NCBI RefSeq assembly: GCF_009914755.1
Contig: NC_060933.1
Source of the DNA: the human T2T-CHM13v2.0 reference genome, Homo sapiens
Reading direction: 5' to 3' (one strand)
Length of the DNA stretch: 64,000 nt
Shown piece by piece: positions 22,325 through 38,830 of the stretch (position 1 is its first letter; each line of letters begins with the position of its first letter). Below the pieces are notes generated by a model, which made no database searches, was not told where the DNA came from, and saw only the letters and a list, made by a program, of their open reading frames with translations. A program made the position numbers and the translations under genes.

Positions 22325-23090
22325 CCATACAGCCACTTTGGAAGGGAAGTGGTTTCTCACAAAACTAAGTATACTGTCACCGTAAGATCCAGTAATTGTG
22401 TCTTGGCATTTAACCAAAGGTATGGAAAACTGAGGTCAACACAAAAATCTGCACATTGATGTTTATAGGAGTTTTATTCATAATTGCCCAAAGGTGGAAG
22501 CAACTTCAGTAAGTGAATGGATAAACAAACTCTGGTACACTCATACAATAGAATGTTATTAAGTGATAAAAAGGTACACACTATTTAACTATGAGAAGAC
22601 ATGGAAAAAAAAAAAAAACCTTAAAAGCCCATCGCTAAGTGAAAGAAGCTGATCTGAAAAGACTACATACTGTGTAAGCCGAACTATATGACATTCTTTA
22701 AAAGGCAGAACGATGAAGACAATGAAAAGTACAGTTGTTGCCAGGGATTTGCAGGGAGAAGGAGGGATCAATAGGTGGAGCACAGGGGACTTTTAAGGCA
22801 GTGAAACCATTCTGTAAAATGTCATGGTGGATATATGACATTACACATTTTCCAAACCCATAGAATATACAACACAAACAGTGCACCTTAATGAAACTGT
22901 TAATTTTAGTTAATAATAATAATGTATCAATATTGGCTCATTAATTGTAACAAATACACCAGACGAATGCAAGATATCTTAATAATAGGCATGATGAGCT
23001 AAGGAGGGTTTAAGGAACTCTCTGTATTGTCTGCTCAATTTTCTTGTAAATGTAAAACTGCTTCCCAAAATAATGTCTTTTTATTAAAGG
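22325..23090 (+). mobile_element. L1MC-type 3' end
   Basis: GAATGGATAAACAAACTCTGGTAC...CTGAAAAGACTACATACTGT...TAATGTATCAATATTGGCTCATTAATTGTAACAAAT motifs. Confidence 0.8.
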
Positions 23091-23635
23091 AAAACATGCT
23101 GCTACCACTATGTGCTTAGTGTCCTATGCATTTCAAGTCTGGGTGGTATGTCTAGCAGAAATATATTAACATGTCCCAGGCTGATGGTACTGAATAAAGG
23201 ATTTAGATGGCCATAAAAAGTGGATTTTGTATAATGGATTTCTGAGTTGATAAGAAAGCAGTATGAGTATATCACCATAATACAAAACTTAGTGATTTGA
23301 AATAAGGCAAACATATCATCCATTTTGCCAGTGTAATGATAACACACACGTTGTATAAACAGATATTGGAACATCAGTTTGTCACTGGGTGTTCAGGATG
23401 TAGAATATACATCAACTTAAATTTTCACATTTAGTAAAGCTCTAGCTTCCTCTTATGCTAGCTCCATAAATAAGACAAATTTTTTCTCTCATCCTCTCTG
23501 ATGGCCAATGCCGGCCTAAACTCTTGCCTGTTAGGAATTAGTACACATCTCCTAGCTCAGAGACACCTACACGAGTGACTCTTGGCCAGTGGAACCTGGT
23601 TCACTGTGCCCTCCAGTGTGGGGCCAGGCATTGTT

Positions 23636-23700
23636 CGTGATCTGCCCGTCTCGGCCTCTCAAAGTGTTGGGATTACAGGCGTGAGCCACCGCGTCCGGCC
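23636..23700 (-). mobile_element. Alu 5'-end fragment
   Basis: CGTGATCTGCCCGTCTCGGCCTCTCAAAGTGTTGGGATTACAGGCGTGAGCCACCGCGTCCGGCC; the rest of the Alu is absent. Confidence 0.9.
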
Positions 23701-24909
23701 CCATCTGTTATTATTCAAGGTATTTTAGTGCATCACCGCACACACGATTTTGGGTCTTGCCATTATTTTGTTATCCCAGTACTTGAAAAAGAGAGACATT
23801 CTGACTGGCATTAACTCAACATTTTGTGTGATGGACTATTACATATGGCTCGGAACGCATTTTTGTTTGCTATATAGAAATGATCTTCTCTTCCGTGTGA
23901 TAAATAATACAGCTAAAAGTCTCAGAATTAATCAAACTTACCATCAATTAATTTCAAATTTTTGACTAGCTTCCTTAAGTATTTAAATTATTATGATTTG
24001 CAAAATAACCTTGAAAGTCATTCAGTCAAAATGGCTTTGAAATAAAATCATCATATGTTAAAGTAAGAAATTATATCCTACATAATAAGGACAATAGATA
24101 CATTAAAATAGTCTCATCAAGTATTTGTCTTTAGTTAGTAGTTATTTCTCCAAGAAAGTATTAACTTCAATTTTGAACAAAGTTTTCTTTCTTTTTCTGG
24201 CAGTATCAGCCTTTTGCCAAGCTGAACACAAGAGGATGAAAAGAAAATCTGGGCTCGAATGTGCAATTTCATATTTTCTGTTAAGGCAATTTACAACATA
24301 TCATAAAGCTGCATTAATAAACAGATGTTCCACAGTCTGCAGAATATAAAATAAATGTCTTGAATAAGCTACGAAGACCAAGGCACTTTTTGGAGCAGAT
24401 TTTTTTGTCTTAAAGTTTTATCTCATGCAAACACTGCATATAATATGAACTTATATAATCAATGCTTTTAGCAATATGTCATAGTAGAACTGAGGCCCAG
24501 TTGTTAGCTGAAATCTATATAAATATAGGTATGTAGAATAGTTAGGAAATATAAATATTAGCATATGCTCTTTATTGTTGATGATATCAATAATTCTTTC
24601 ATGAACTCAGAAAAGTTTTTTCTCTTTATATTCAAAATGAAGTTTTCTAATTACTCTCTTTTTCACAGGGTTCTCCCCCTCTGCAAATTATACCCATTAC
24701 AGCTATTTCTTTTAAGTAAATATCTCCTTCAAGTCAGTCTTAGTTTCTCCAACACCTAGACAATGCCTGGCACATGTAAAGGCATTCAGAATACAAGTAA
24801 ATGCATGCATAAAATGAATAAATATATTTAGAAGATATTTATAGACATGTCATAGGAATTTGGGGGCCAAGAAGAGGGATTCTAGCTTTTGGGTAGATAC
24901 AATTGCAGA

Positions 24910-25150
24910 TAATAACAATAACTTACAAGGTGCCTAAAATATCAAGTTACCGTTCTAAATGTGTTAGATCTATTGGTTCATATAGTGCTTGCAAAAGCCC
25001 TTGAAGTATACTTTTATTATACTTACCATTATATAAATAGAGAAACTAAGGCAGGGAGAGGTTATGTTGTTCCAGGTTCACGTGACAATTCAATGGCAGA
25101 GCTTGATTCAAATTTCATACTTTTAACTTACGTACAATTTTGCCTACCAT
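24910..25150 (-). mobile_element. MIR
   Basis: AGAGAAACTAAGGCAGGGAGAGGTTATG...ATGGCAGAGCTTGATTCAAAT core. Confidence 0.65.
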
Positions 25151-26284
25151 CAAGACATTCTTCTTGCTGAATGGAACAAGGCCCTCAAAGGGAATTTATG
25201 GAGTACTGTTACACATAAATAACTCTGAATATAAGTAATTCTTCTGTGGAATGATTTCATCTTATATTCTCAGAGAATGACACATTTTATGTCAAATAAA
25301 TACAGGAGAAAGAAAATGATTTTATAAATGTTACTAACACTAACCTAACAAATGGAAGAGATATGATAAACTTTACATTCTAATTTGAAATTTATGAAAA
25401 TCATACACAAAACACTATGAAGATAGAGTAGACTCTATCTCTTATTTTTGTGAGGCCAAAATATCTAATACATTTATTTTATGAAATAAATACTTAGGAA
25501 TTATTTTATTTGTTGTTGTAAGGAATTATGCCTGCTGAAATGGACAAAGCATTGTGATTAGTGTTGGGTGTTTTGGCTCAGACTAACCTAAAGGGAACAA
25601 AGAGGAACAACCAGATGGTGAAACGGAGGTTCCTCCATCCTCTGATAGCTTCACTACCATTGCATTTTAGTAAATCCTTAAATCATATACTATGATTATG
25701 ACAACTTAATTTTTTTTTGTAATTGATGATGGAGTTGATAAGTTCTTGTATACCGTTGCTTGTTAGATCAGGAGAGACTCAGGACAGACATCAGGAAGAA
25801 TTTTCTAGCTGGGGTGTTGTTAATCACTTGCCCACAGTAAAAAAAGCCTGCAGAACAGTCTTTTTTTGATGAGAGTTAAGGCAATAAGACAATTAATAGT
25901 CTAACCCAGTAACAGCTGAATTGGCCAGATATCCTTTAAGGCTTCTCAGAAGCCTCCTCAGCACATGAACTTGAGCTCTTACATAATTTTCTCATTCATA
26001 GTGACTGCATTGTGCTTGCAATCTCATGTCCTATTATTTAAGGTACTTAGTGCATCACTGCATACATGACCTTAGGTCTTGCCATTATTTTGTAATCCCT
26101 GTACTGGAAGAAGAGAGACATTCTGACTGGCATTAACTCAACATTTTGTGTGATGAACTATTACATGTGGTTCAGAATGCATTTTTGTCTGCTATACAGA
26201 AATGATCTGTTAATTCTATGTGATAAACAATACTGCTAAAAATCTCAGAATTAATCAAACTTACCATCAATTAATTTCAAATGT

Positions 26285-28020
<1,736 letters not shown>

Positions 28021-29033
28021 AGTGTCTTTCTGCCTACACCTAAGTTCAATTACCAGCTGCCCTTTATCATTGAACTTAATGCTTTCTTCTCATAGTAGAA
28101 TTAAGAGGAAAGTAAAATATTTTTTGTACCTATATCTTTATTATATTTAGACAAATCACAGAGTGAGAGAGTAGGGGTTTCAAGAAAAATAGGAGAGAGA
28201 CAAAGGAGAGAGAAAGAACTGCTTGTGGAAATACAGAATATCCCACATTTTCAATGTGGAAAGTGTATGAGGGTCTGAAAGAAAATACTCAGTTTTTTTT
28301 TGTCCTGTAAGAGGCAGCATTGACAAATGTGTACCAGAGTTTGGGTACATTTGAGCCAGTTCTTCAGAATCGTGGGGTGGGTAATAGAACAAAATTATTT
28401 ACACCTAATTCTAGGCAGATAAGTGTGCTTCAAGGAAAGGCAAGGGCCTGGCTAGATTCTAGATGTTTTTAAACTGGAGGCCAGAGACAGCTTTAGGGAG
28501 TCTATATACAGGCACAGATTTATTTCTTTTATATTCTTCTTGCTCTTTGAAAACGGTCTTTATGCAAATACACACTATATAACCAAAGTTTCTCTTTGTT
28601 CCAGGCAGCAGTAGGGCTTATGGGAGCCATTGTACAGTGACAGGAACATACCAGGACACTAAGAATAGCGTCATGTCATAAGGACTCAGAGCAGGTGGAC
28701 CCTGCTGTGATGCACAAAGGTGAGGGTGCAGCTGCCCAGGACACACTCATGCATGTTTGTGTGGACCATGGAAGATGGCAGGGGAAGAGCTGTCAGGTTG
28801 CTGGGGCAGAGGGTGCGCATGAGTACTCGCCTGTAAGTCATGTTGTAGAATCACCTCTCACAGCCGCTGTATCTTCCCACCAGCATCACCAGATAACTCC
28901 TTTATCGTCACTTCAGTAATGCTTGATTTTGTCTGACTTTTTTATGTTTACCAGTTCAGATAAAGAGAATTGCACTCTCATCATTGCTATAATGTACACT
29001 TTTTTGACTACTAATGAGTCTGAGAATCTTTAG

Positions 29034-29376
<343 letters not shown>

Positions 29377-31533
29377 TTAATCTGTTTGTACTTTCATTTA
29401 CTTTTTCTTTCTTTTTTAATAAGAGGTTTTTATTTTGGATATCAATCTTTATATCTTCAATGATGTTGTGAATATCTTTTTGTTCCCACTAGCTTTTCTT
29501 ACAAACTTTTATTCCTAGTGTCTTGTTGCACAGAAATTTTATTTTATTATGGTCAATTTTGTCAGCCTTTGTCTTTATAATTTGTATGGGGTTCTTTTCT
29601 TGTTTGTTTTTGATTTGTATAAAAGTGATGTTTTTACCCTAAAGTCAAAAGTTAAAATTTAATGTTTTCTTCCTATTTCAGAGGACCATGCAAGATATGA
29701 TAAAGATCTATGTCACTGAATTTTGTTTCTGTATTTGTATCTCAGCTTCCCAGAAATAAAAAAGAATTCTAACATTCATACTTTCAGTATTTTATGTGAG
29801 AGGTTTTGTTGTCAAAATCAAGTCTGAGAGCAATGTTTATTGGGGCCTTTCATTGGAGTCACCAAGCGATAAAGGGGACATTGTCTTCAACAATAACCCT
29901 ATAATAAACACGTTTTGGACAATAAATATATGACAATTTCTTAAAAGCAATTTCTTGGGCAATCAAGACAATATGGCTTGAGTATGGAGTTATATGATGG
30001 TCTGGATTAATCCAGTATTAAATCTCGGGTTATTACAGAAATCAGTGGAGCCTATTCTTCCAAATAATCCTTAAATATTACTTATCTCAACTGAGATTTT
30101 GGTGAAAATTTAGCTTTAGAGCTTTTATTGACCTGCCAATGACCTGAAGTTAAGATTATTCTTTTCCACTGAATGAAGACAAACCACCTTATAAAAATTA
30201 ACCCAGAAGGCTGTAGAGGTGATTTGTTTTCTTTATTTCTGATGACAGTTAAATAGCTTGACTAAAACTCTTGGTTCCCTAAATGGCTTTTCTGCTTTTG
30301 GATGGTGGTAGCCTGGGGAACGTAAGGAAAGCAGATATCTCCCAAAACTGGGAATAAAATACATGGTTTATTCCAATACATTCCAGGAAACCCCATTTCC
30401 AAGCTCTTTAAACTAAAACATTACTGTGAACATGTTGGCCTAAAATTTTTCAGAGCTAGAAATTTTCAGAGCAATAGCTGCCAGTTGCCACCATGATGTT
30501 AGGAAATTCTCATTAATTCTTACATGACGGTTGTCTACATAGAGATGAAACACTTGACTAAATTGTCAGCAGCACAATTGTATCCATACAGACAGATAGA
30601 ACAAATCCAATGCTGTGATGTAGTTTAAATGTGCACATGTTAACTGATTAGAGAGCTAGAAAATGGAGGGTATTTTTAGCAGCATATGATAAATATATTT
30701 CTGACTGTTGAATATTGTTTAACTGCTTTGTTCTAGTTACTGGGGATTATATAGTAGGAAGTAATACAGACAGATGTCACGTCCTGATGGGCCTTGTATT
30801 TCAGGGAAGAAATGGGATTTTGTTGGCGCCAAGACCTGATTGCTTTGCCAGTTACCCTCACCCCTGGCTCACGAGGAAAGTGTATTAAGGAGATTCTCGA
30901 GGAACCACATGAGTTTTAATATCATAAGCTTCTGCCCTGAATTGAAAGGTAATTTTTTGTTAAGGAAGGCTGAGCCACACTTATCCACAATGCCTCCTTT
31001 GGCATAGACCCCAGATAACCCAAAGTGTGTTCTCTCAAACAGATGGAGAAAACTAGAGGATAGAAAATATCAGGAGTGTTACTGAGGATGCTGCCAGCTG
31101 AACCACCATTTATGTTTTTCATAGAACAAAACTTCAAGGAGTTTAAGTAGTCAGAGTGTGGCCAGCCTTTCCTTGGAAGTATTTATGCAAGGAAGATGTT
31201 TTATATTCTGGAAGAGGGCATATGTGAAGGGCATTTCAGAATGATGTAAGGTGTATGCACAGGTCATGTGATGGAGTGGTCTGGGGTAGCAGGACATGTG
31301 ACAGGCCTCGAAGTTCGCCACTACAAGCATGGAGCCCATATCCACAACATCTTCAAGCGCAGAAGCTGGGCTGTGGGGTGGAGTAGTTCACGCCAAAAAT
31401 CACAACTTCGTTTGGAAAATGAGAGGGAAGAGAAACTTCCCTAAAGAGAATTAGAAAAAGTAAAACTCGTGAGGTAAAGCTGTATAGATTTGAAATAATA
31501 AATCCTTACAATTTTTACTTCCACTGGTCGATG

Positions 31534-31762
31534 GCAGAGTTTCTTAATCTTAGCAGTGTTAACCTTTTGAGTCAGATAATTTTTAATTCTTCTTGCAGAG
31601 GAGAAGGGAGGGTACAGGCTGTTCTGTGCAAGATGGCATGCTTAGCAGCATCCATAGCCTGTACTCTCTAAGTGCCAGTAGCAACCCCCAGTTTTGACAA
31701 CCCAAGATGTCTCCAGACATTTTCTTCCCTGGAGGCAAAAACAGCCCTGGTTGGGAAGCACT
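31534..31762 (-). mobile_element. MER20 (hAT-Charlie DNA transposon)
   Basis: TTAGCAGCATCC...GTGCCAGTAGCA...AAGATGTCTCCAGACATT...GGTTGGGAAGCACTG matches the reverse complement of MER20. Confidence 0.85.
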
Positions 31763-32782
31763 GGTTTATGAATAGAAATAAAACTGTAGTGTTCTCCAGC
31801 CAAACAAACAACAACAAAATTAAACAGCATATTTTCAATTTATTGCCTTCCTTGGCTAGTACATAGCTCACTATAATTAAAGCTTCCCATCAGAAATTCT
31901 TCCTCGGTTAAAAACAAAAAAAACTATCAAGAGAAGCAATTTAGTAAGCTGGGTTTTAGGAATATGCTGTTAATTTTGCCTAAAATGTGGCATGCAAGGG
32001 GAGAGTTATGTAATCATTTTAAGTAAGTAAGTGTTACATTAAAAAAAAAAAAACCCTTAAAATGGTTTGATTCAAAAATACTGAAATCTCTTATCATAGA
32101 AGCATAAATCTGAATAGTTTGGTTATTTAAATATAAGTTACTGTGAAATCATCAAGGAACATAGCTAATCGAACCTACCATTGTAGCCTACATCATCCTG
32201 TGCATTTCACAAAATCCTAATGAAAAACTACATGAAGCTCAAAGTATAGATAAACATATCAGTGTTGACAACCGTGAAACCACGCTATCCAAAGGCTACG
32301 AGCTCTGAGGAATTCCTGTTAGCTACAGCACATGTAGGATCAATGAAGGAAGAAAATGAAGGCTCCTGGGAGACAAAATTATGCCAGGACAAAGCTGAAG
32401 AAGAGCAACACCTGTCGGAAATGTCCTAAGATAAATTTCGAAAGCTGCCAGGCTTGGAGGTGGGGCAGGCACCGCCGGAAGAGACACCTTCCCTTTGGGG
32501 CTTTCTTTGCCTGTGACAAGAACAGCACCTGATGCCCTTAGAATAGTTCCTGGAACATCTGAATAAATATCTGCGAAATGGCTGAATCAGGGGCGGGGAC
32601 TGGCGTTCAGGTGGGGGCCCCCTCAATAGTATGACCACAACGGAGGCTCCACCTGGCAGGGAGCTGCTGACTCCTGATGCTACAGGAGCTCGTCTTTGTA
32701 TTAGGAGGTCCTGTTCTACTTCCAGTTGCAAATATTACATATATTTGTGTGTGTGAGTGCATATATATTAATATATATACAC

Positions 32783-33105
32783 CACCGCCCAACAAGTTCC
32801 CCTTGCCCCCTGCCTAGACAGAGCTGATTTATCAAGACAGGGGAATTGCAATAGAGAAAGAGTCATTCTTGCACAGCCAGCTGGGCGGGAGACTGGAGTT
32901 TTATTATTGCTCAAATCAGTCTCCCCGAGCGTTTGGGATCAGAGTTTTTAAGGGTAATATGGCAGAGGCTCAGGAAGCGGGGAGTGCTGATTGGTCAGGT
33001 TGGAGATAGAATCACAGGGGGATCAAAGTGAGGTTTTCTTGCTGCCTTCTGTTCCTGGGTGGGATCGCAGAACTGGTTGAACCACATTACTGGTTTGGGT
33101 GGTGT
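32783..33105 (-). mobile_element. LTR8-family ERV1 LTR, partial
   Basis: TGCCTAGACAGAGCTGATTTATCAAGACAGGGGAATTGCAATAGAGAAAGAG...CAAATCAGTCTCCCCGAGC. Confidence 0.8.
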
Positions 33106-33305
33106 TGATGGCAGCGGCCCATCTGGAGAGGCTGCTGCCAAGATGCCGGCTGCAGCAGGGGAGGCGCCGCAGGGCGGCGCACTTTGTGGAGCCGGCGGGA
33201 GCCCTGGCCGCTTCTGAGCTGCTGGGGAGGGAGCCCTGCAGTCCCAGGCGCAAGGGCAGCTGCCCAGCCATGGCTTCGGACCCGGGCATCCCTGTCCTCT
33301 CGGGA
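33106..33305. mobile_element. MER52-type ERV1 LTR terminal fragment (GC/CpG-rich)
   Basis: Begins TGATGGCAGCGGCCCATCTGGAGAGGCTGCTGCCAAGATGCCGGCTGCAGCAGGGGAGGCG, like a MER52 terminus, and abuts the LTR8 piece. Confidence 0.7.
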
Positions 33306-33658
33306 GGGGGTTGGGGGCGGTGGGGAGGGGGTTGGGGACGGTGGGGAGAGGGGGGTGCATGGGAAGCCTATATTAGACCGAATAAATATCATGATATATT
33401 TTGTGTATTTATTTTTTAACCCATACCAATCCAAGCTAGATTTTCTTACTGATTTAGTTACTTTGCTTGTTTATTAATCTCATTATGTAGAATATATTTT
33501 GGAAGTTGCCTTAATAGTTTTTAGAGGAAAACAGGTTAAAAATAAATAAATATGTAAAAGATGCCAGTTTTCCTTATATGTATATGTAATGGTGTAAAAA
33601 AAGCACTAAATAAAATGATCAGTATAGTGGCTAGGGAAATAATTAAAGTTAGGTTTTT

Positions 33659-34162
<504 letters not shown>

Positions 34163-34689
34163 TTATTGTTTCATTGGAAATGTAATTAATGATCATGACC
34201 CTCAGTACCACAGATTGGGAGCCACGAGGCTGGCCCTGGGCTGACTGTGGTTGGACTCACTCAGGAACCGGCTTGGCTGGTGTCTTTTAAATAACTGCTG
34301 CCAGCTACTGCCAGAAGTTGCAGGATGGGAGGAAGGGAAGCTGACTGGCCCAGCTGATCCATAAACAGCCCTTTAATAGCACTGCAGTTGCTTGTGATGC
34401 ATGCCTGGGATTCTAGGTTTGTGTCTTTCTTTTGTGAGGGGTTTCTATCTCACCCTCAACTCTGTTCTTTGCATCGTTTGGGCTACACATCCCAGTGTGT
34501 TCCCATCTCCTGCCCTCTAGTCTGCTGAAGGTTTTGCATCCTGTTCTCAGCATGGACACGTATCTTCTCTTTTGTCCATCACATGGTCATTTCAATAGGA
34601 TGTTGGTAGAATAGGAAGAAGATGCACATGTGTTTAACTAATCATTTTTAATTAGAAAGCCAGAGGTTGAATTAAAAAACAACTCATAT

Positions 34690-35426
34690 TGAAACTGCAT
34701 TTGAAATAATTATAACAGTGAGAAAATTATGGCAGTGGGGAAGATCTAATATAGCCAACTTCCCTCTTATATTTTACCTTCATGTTGCCTTAATTATTAC
34801 CAGGCTTAGGATGGGCTAGCTTTGGGAGACATGTAGTTTACAGTTTAAATGATAATAGTCCTTCTCCAAAACTCAATCACCTTTATAAAGCTAATGAGAG
34901 ACCACCAGGCTAGGAGGAGAAGAGCCTGAATTCGGCAAAGGGGTAGACATAAAAGACTGCCAGCCATTATTCCAGAGGTCACGAGATATGCAACTTTTCC
35001 AATTACTCCTGCAGATAACATCACTACTGTAGAACCCAAGATTGGCCTTTTGAGATAGCCTTTCAGATATTTTGCGTGTTTGGCACCAATTATGGTGCCT
35101 TCTGAACCCACCAACTGCTCATGTGGCCCCATGCAGAAGCAGAAGCCATTCAGCACAGAGCAGGATCTTTTCCCATGTTAAGATTGCACCCCCAAAACAA
35201 TCAGCAGAAAGCAGCCACTGCCTAGCCACCCTCATCACTTCCCCCAAATTACCTTTGAAAGAACCCTAACCTACAAGCTTTTGATGAGTTTGATTTAATA
35301 ACTCCACCTCCTGTGTGGTGTGGCTGGCTTCACATCAATTAAATTCTTCCTTTACTGCAATGCCCTGGTCTCTGTGAATTGATTTTTTTTGTGCAGCAGG
35401 CGGGAAGAACCCATCAGGAGGTTACA
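34690..35426 (+). mobile_element. LTR8A/B-like ERV1 solo LTR
   Basis: TGAAACTGCATTTG...ATTATAACAGTGAGAAAATTATGGCAGTG...GAACCCATCAGGAGGTTACA; 4-bp flanks ATAT/GTAT. Confidence 0.8.
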
Positions 35427-36002
35427 GTATGGTTGTTGAACTTTTCGATTTATGGAGTTTTAAAATATAATTACCAATATGTGTCTTCATAAAATACTTT
35501 TACACTATGACACTATACAATATTTTTATTAGATCTTATTTGTTATTCATGATTTTTCATCCTAATTTTTAAAACTATGATTTTTATTAGACTTTTATTT
35601 ACAATTTTTATTATGAAAATTTTCAAACATACATGGAAGTAGAGACAAAAGTAATAAAACCCAATGTATTCCTTACACTCTACTTCAATAATTATAAATA
35701 TATGGAGTAGTCTTAAAATTTCATATATATCCCTCCCACAAACACACACTCAAGCATAATTTTAGCACAAACCCCAGACATCATATTATATCATTTTAAA
35801 ATATATAGCTATGTATCTTTAAGGGAAAGGACTTTTAAAATACATGATAGTAGTACCATTAACACAACTAAATAAATTAACAGTAATTCCTTAATATCAT
35901 CTAATGTTTGGTGTTCAGGTTTTCATGATTGTCTCACAGATCTCTTTTTCAGTGAGAATCCAAACAAGTCCACGCACACTGCATTTGGTTGACAGAGGTT
36001 TT

Positions 36003-36479
36003 TGACAGAGCAGGAGCATCGCCATCATGGACAAGTACCACCATTCTAAAGTTCCCCTTGATCCACCTAAAAACCACCTAAATCCAAAGGGCATCAGCCT
36101 AATGGCTAAGGTCAGCATGACCATAAACCACAAATGACATGTCCAACCAGAAACATTCCAACCATAGGATAAACCCCTCCCTGACCAGAGACATGCCAGC
36201 CCCCAGATAACCTCCCCTCCAGCTGGAGAGATGTCAGCCCCAAGAAAACCTCCCCTCTGACCATAGACATTCCAACCCCGCCATGAGCTTCTCCCCCATA
36301 CAGAAACATTCCAAGCCTGTGATAAGCTCTCTCACCAATAAATACTCTTACTCTGGAAGAGAGAGTGTTCCTAACCGAAATCAGCCAGAAGCCCCTCTCA
36401 GGTTTATTCTCCAAAATAAACCTATCTTTGACTCTTAAGCCACTTTTCATGTTTCTTTCCTCTTTCTTTAACTTTAACA
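36003..36479 (+). mobile_element. ERV1 solo LTR (LTR15-like), inserted in an old L1MC fragment
   Basis: TGACAGAGCAGGAGCATCGCCATC...AATAAACC...TTTAACA; TSD GTTTT. Antisense L1MC-like sequence at ~35590-35990 and 36480-36740. Confidence 0.75.
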
Positions 36480-36841
36480 GTTTTAATTGATCACAATATC
36501 TTCTTCCCACCTGACTCCATGTATTTGCAGAAAAAACTAGGTCATTCGCCTGTAGAATTTCCCACATTTTGTGTTTGGCTTAGTGCAGCCTTATGGTATA
36601 ATTTAACACATATAAACTGATAGTTAGAACAAGAGGTTGATTTAAGTTCTTTTAGTTTTATATTCTTTTGGCAAGAATACTTCAAAGGTGGTGCAGTGTG
36701 CTTCCTATTGAATCATATTCAGAGGCATGTAATGTTGGATTTTCTTTCTCTTATCAGACTTCTTAATTTTAGTTGTTCCAGTACATAAAAATTAGTATGT
36801 TATCATGGTCTGTGATTACTAATCATTTAAGAGTTTATGGG

Positions 36842-36945
36842 GATGTAAGTTACTTGCTCCTGCTTTGCTGTCTGCCACGAGTAAAAGCCCCCTGAAGACT
36901 CCCCAGAAGCAGATGCTGCCATGCTTCCTGTACAGCCTGTGGAAC
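36842..36945 (+). mobile_element. MST-type (MSTA/MSTB) MaLR LTR fragment forming the 5' exon of the RBPJ retrocopy
   Basis: TCTGCCACGAGTAAAAGCCCCCTGAAGACTCCCCAGAAGCAGATGCTGCCATGCTTCCTGTACAGCCTGTGGAAC. The last ~25 nt are identical to the MSTA LTR at ~8655-8679. The fragment lies inside the retrocopy TSD. Confidence 0.85.
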
Positions 36946-37198
36946 GTCATTGAAATTATAAGACTATCATTCAAATGGAAGCATTACAGTTCTTTGGAAA
37001 CATTATTATTTCAAAATGAAGGAGAATGATACAGATACACTGGCTGAGGTGTTTTGAGGTGCATTGAAATGTTCCAAGCTGTTACTTACCTTAACATGTT
37101 CTTGCGGTACCATGGCATGGATTAAAAGGAAATTTGGTAAGTGGCCTCCATTTAAACGACTTACTAGGGAAGCTATGTGAAATTATTTAAAAGGGTAA

Positions 37199-37321
<123 letters not shown>

Positions 37322-37324
37322 TAA

Positions 37325-37732
<408 letters not shown>

Positions 37733-37769
37733 TGATGATGGATCAGAAGGAGAAGAATTCACAGTCTGA

Positions 37770-38554
<785 letters not shown>

Positions 38555-38789
38555 TAACTACCGTCTTTTTGCTAAGACTTAAACGGACTTGAGTGCAGCA
38601 AAAAGTTGACAAAAAAGGAGAAAAAAATGAACAGTCTTTGTGGTTTATTGGGAAAACTTTTCACACCAGGTGATACTATTCTAAAACCCCACTATCTATC
38701 TGCAAGTGCTGATTTGAAATGCAGAAGCCACAGTAAAACAAAAAAACATCAAAATGTAAAAACTTGGAAATTAATTTTTTCAGCTGTTT

Positions 38790-38830
38790 TGTTGGTTGGT
38801 TGGTTGGTTGGTTGGTTGGTTGGTTGGTTT
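38790..38830. repeat. (GTTG)n microsatellite in the RBPJ-derived 3'UTR
   Basis: Seen directly. Confidence 0.95.

Noticed and set aside
32995-33477. Overlapping 88-121 aa GC-rich ORFs as a gene or CpG-island first exon
   Set aside because: Explained by LTR8/MER52 sequence; high GC content suppresses stop codons, and no protein family is recognisable.
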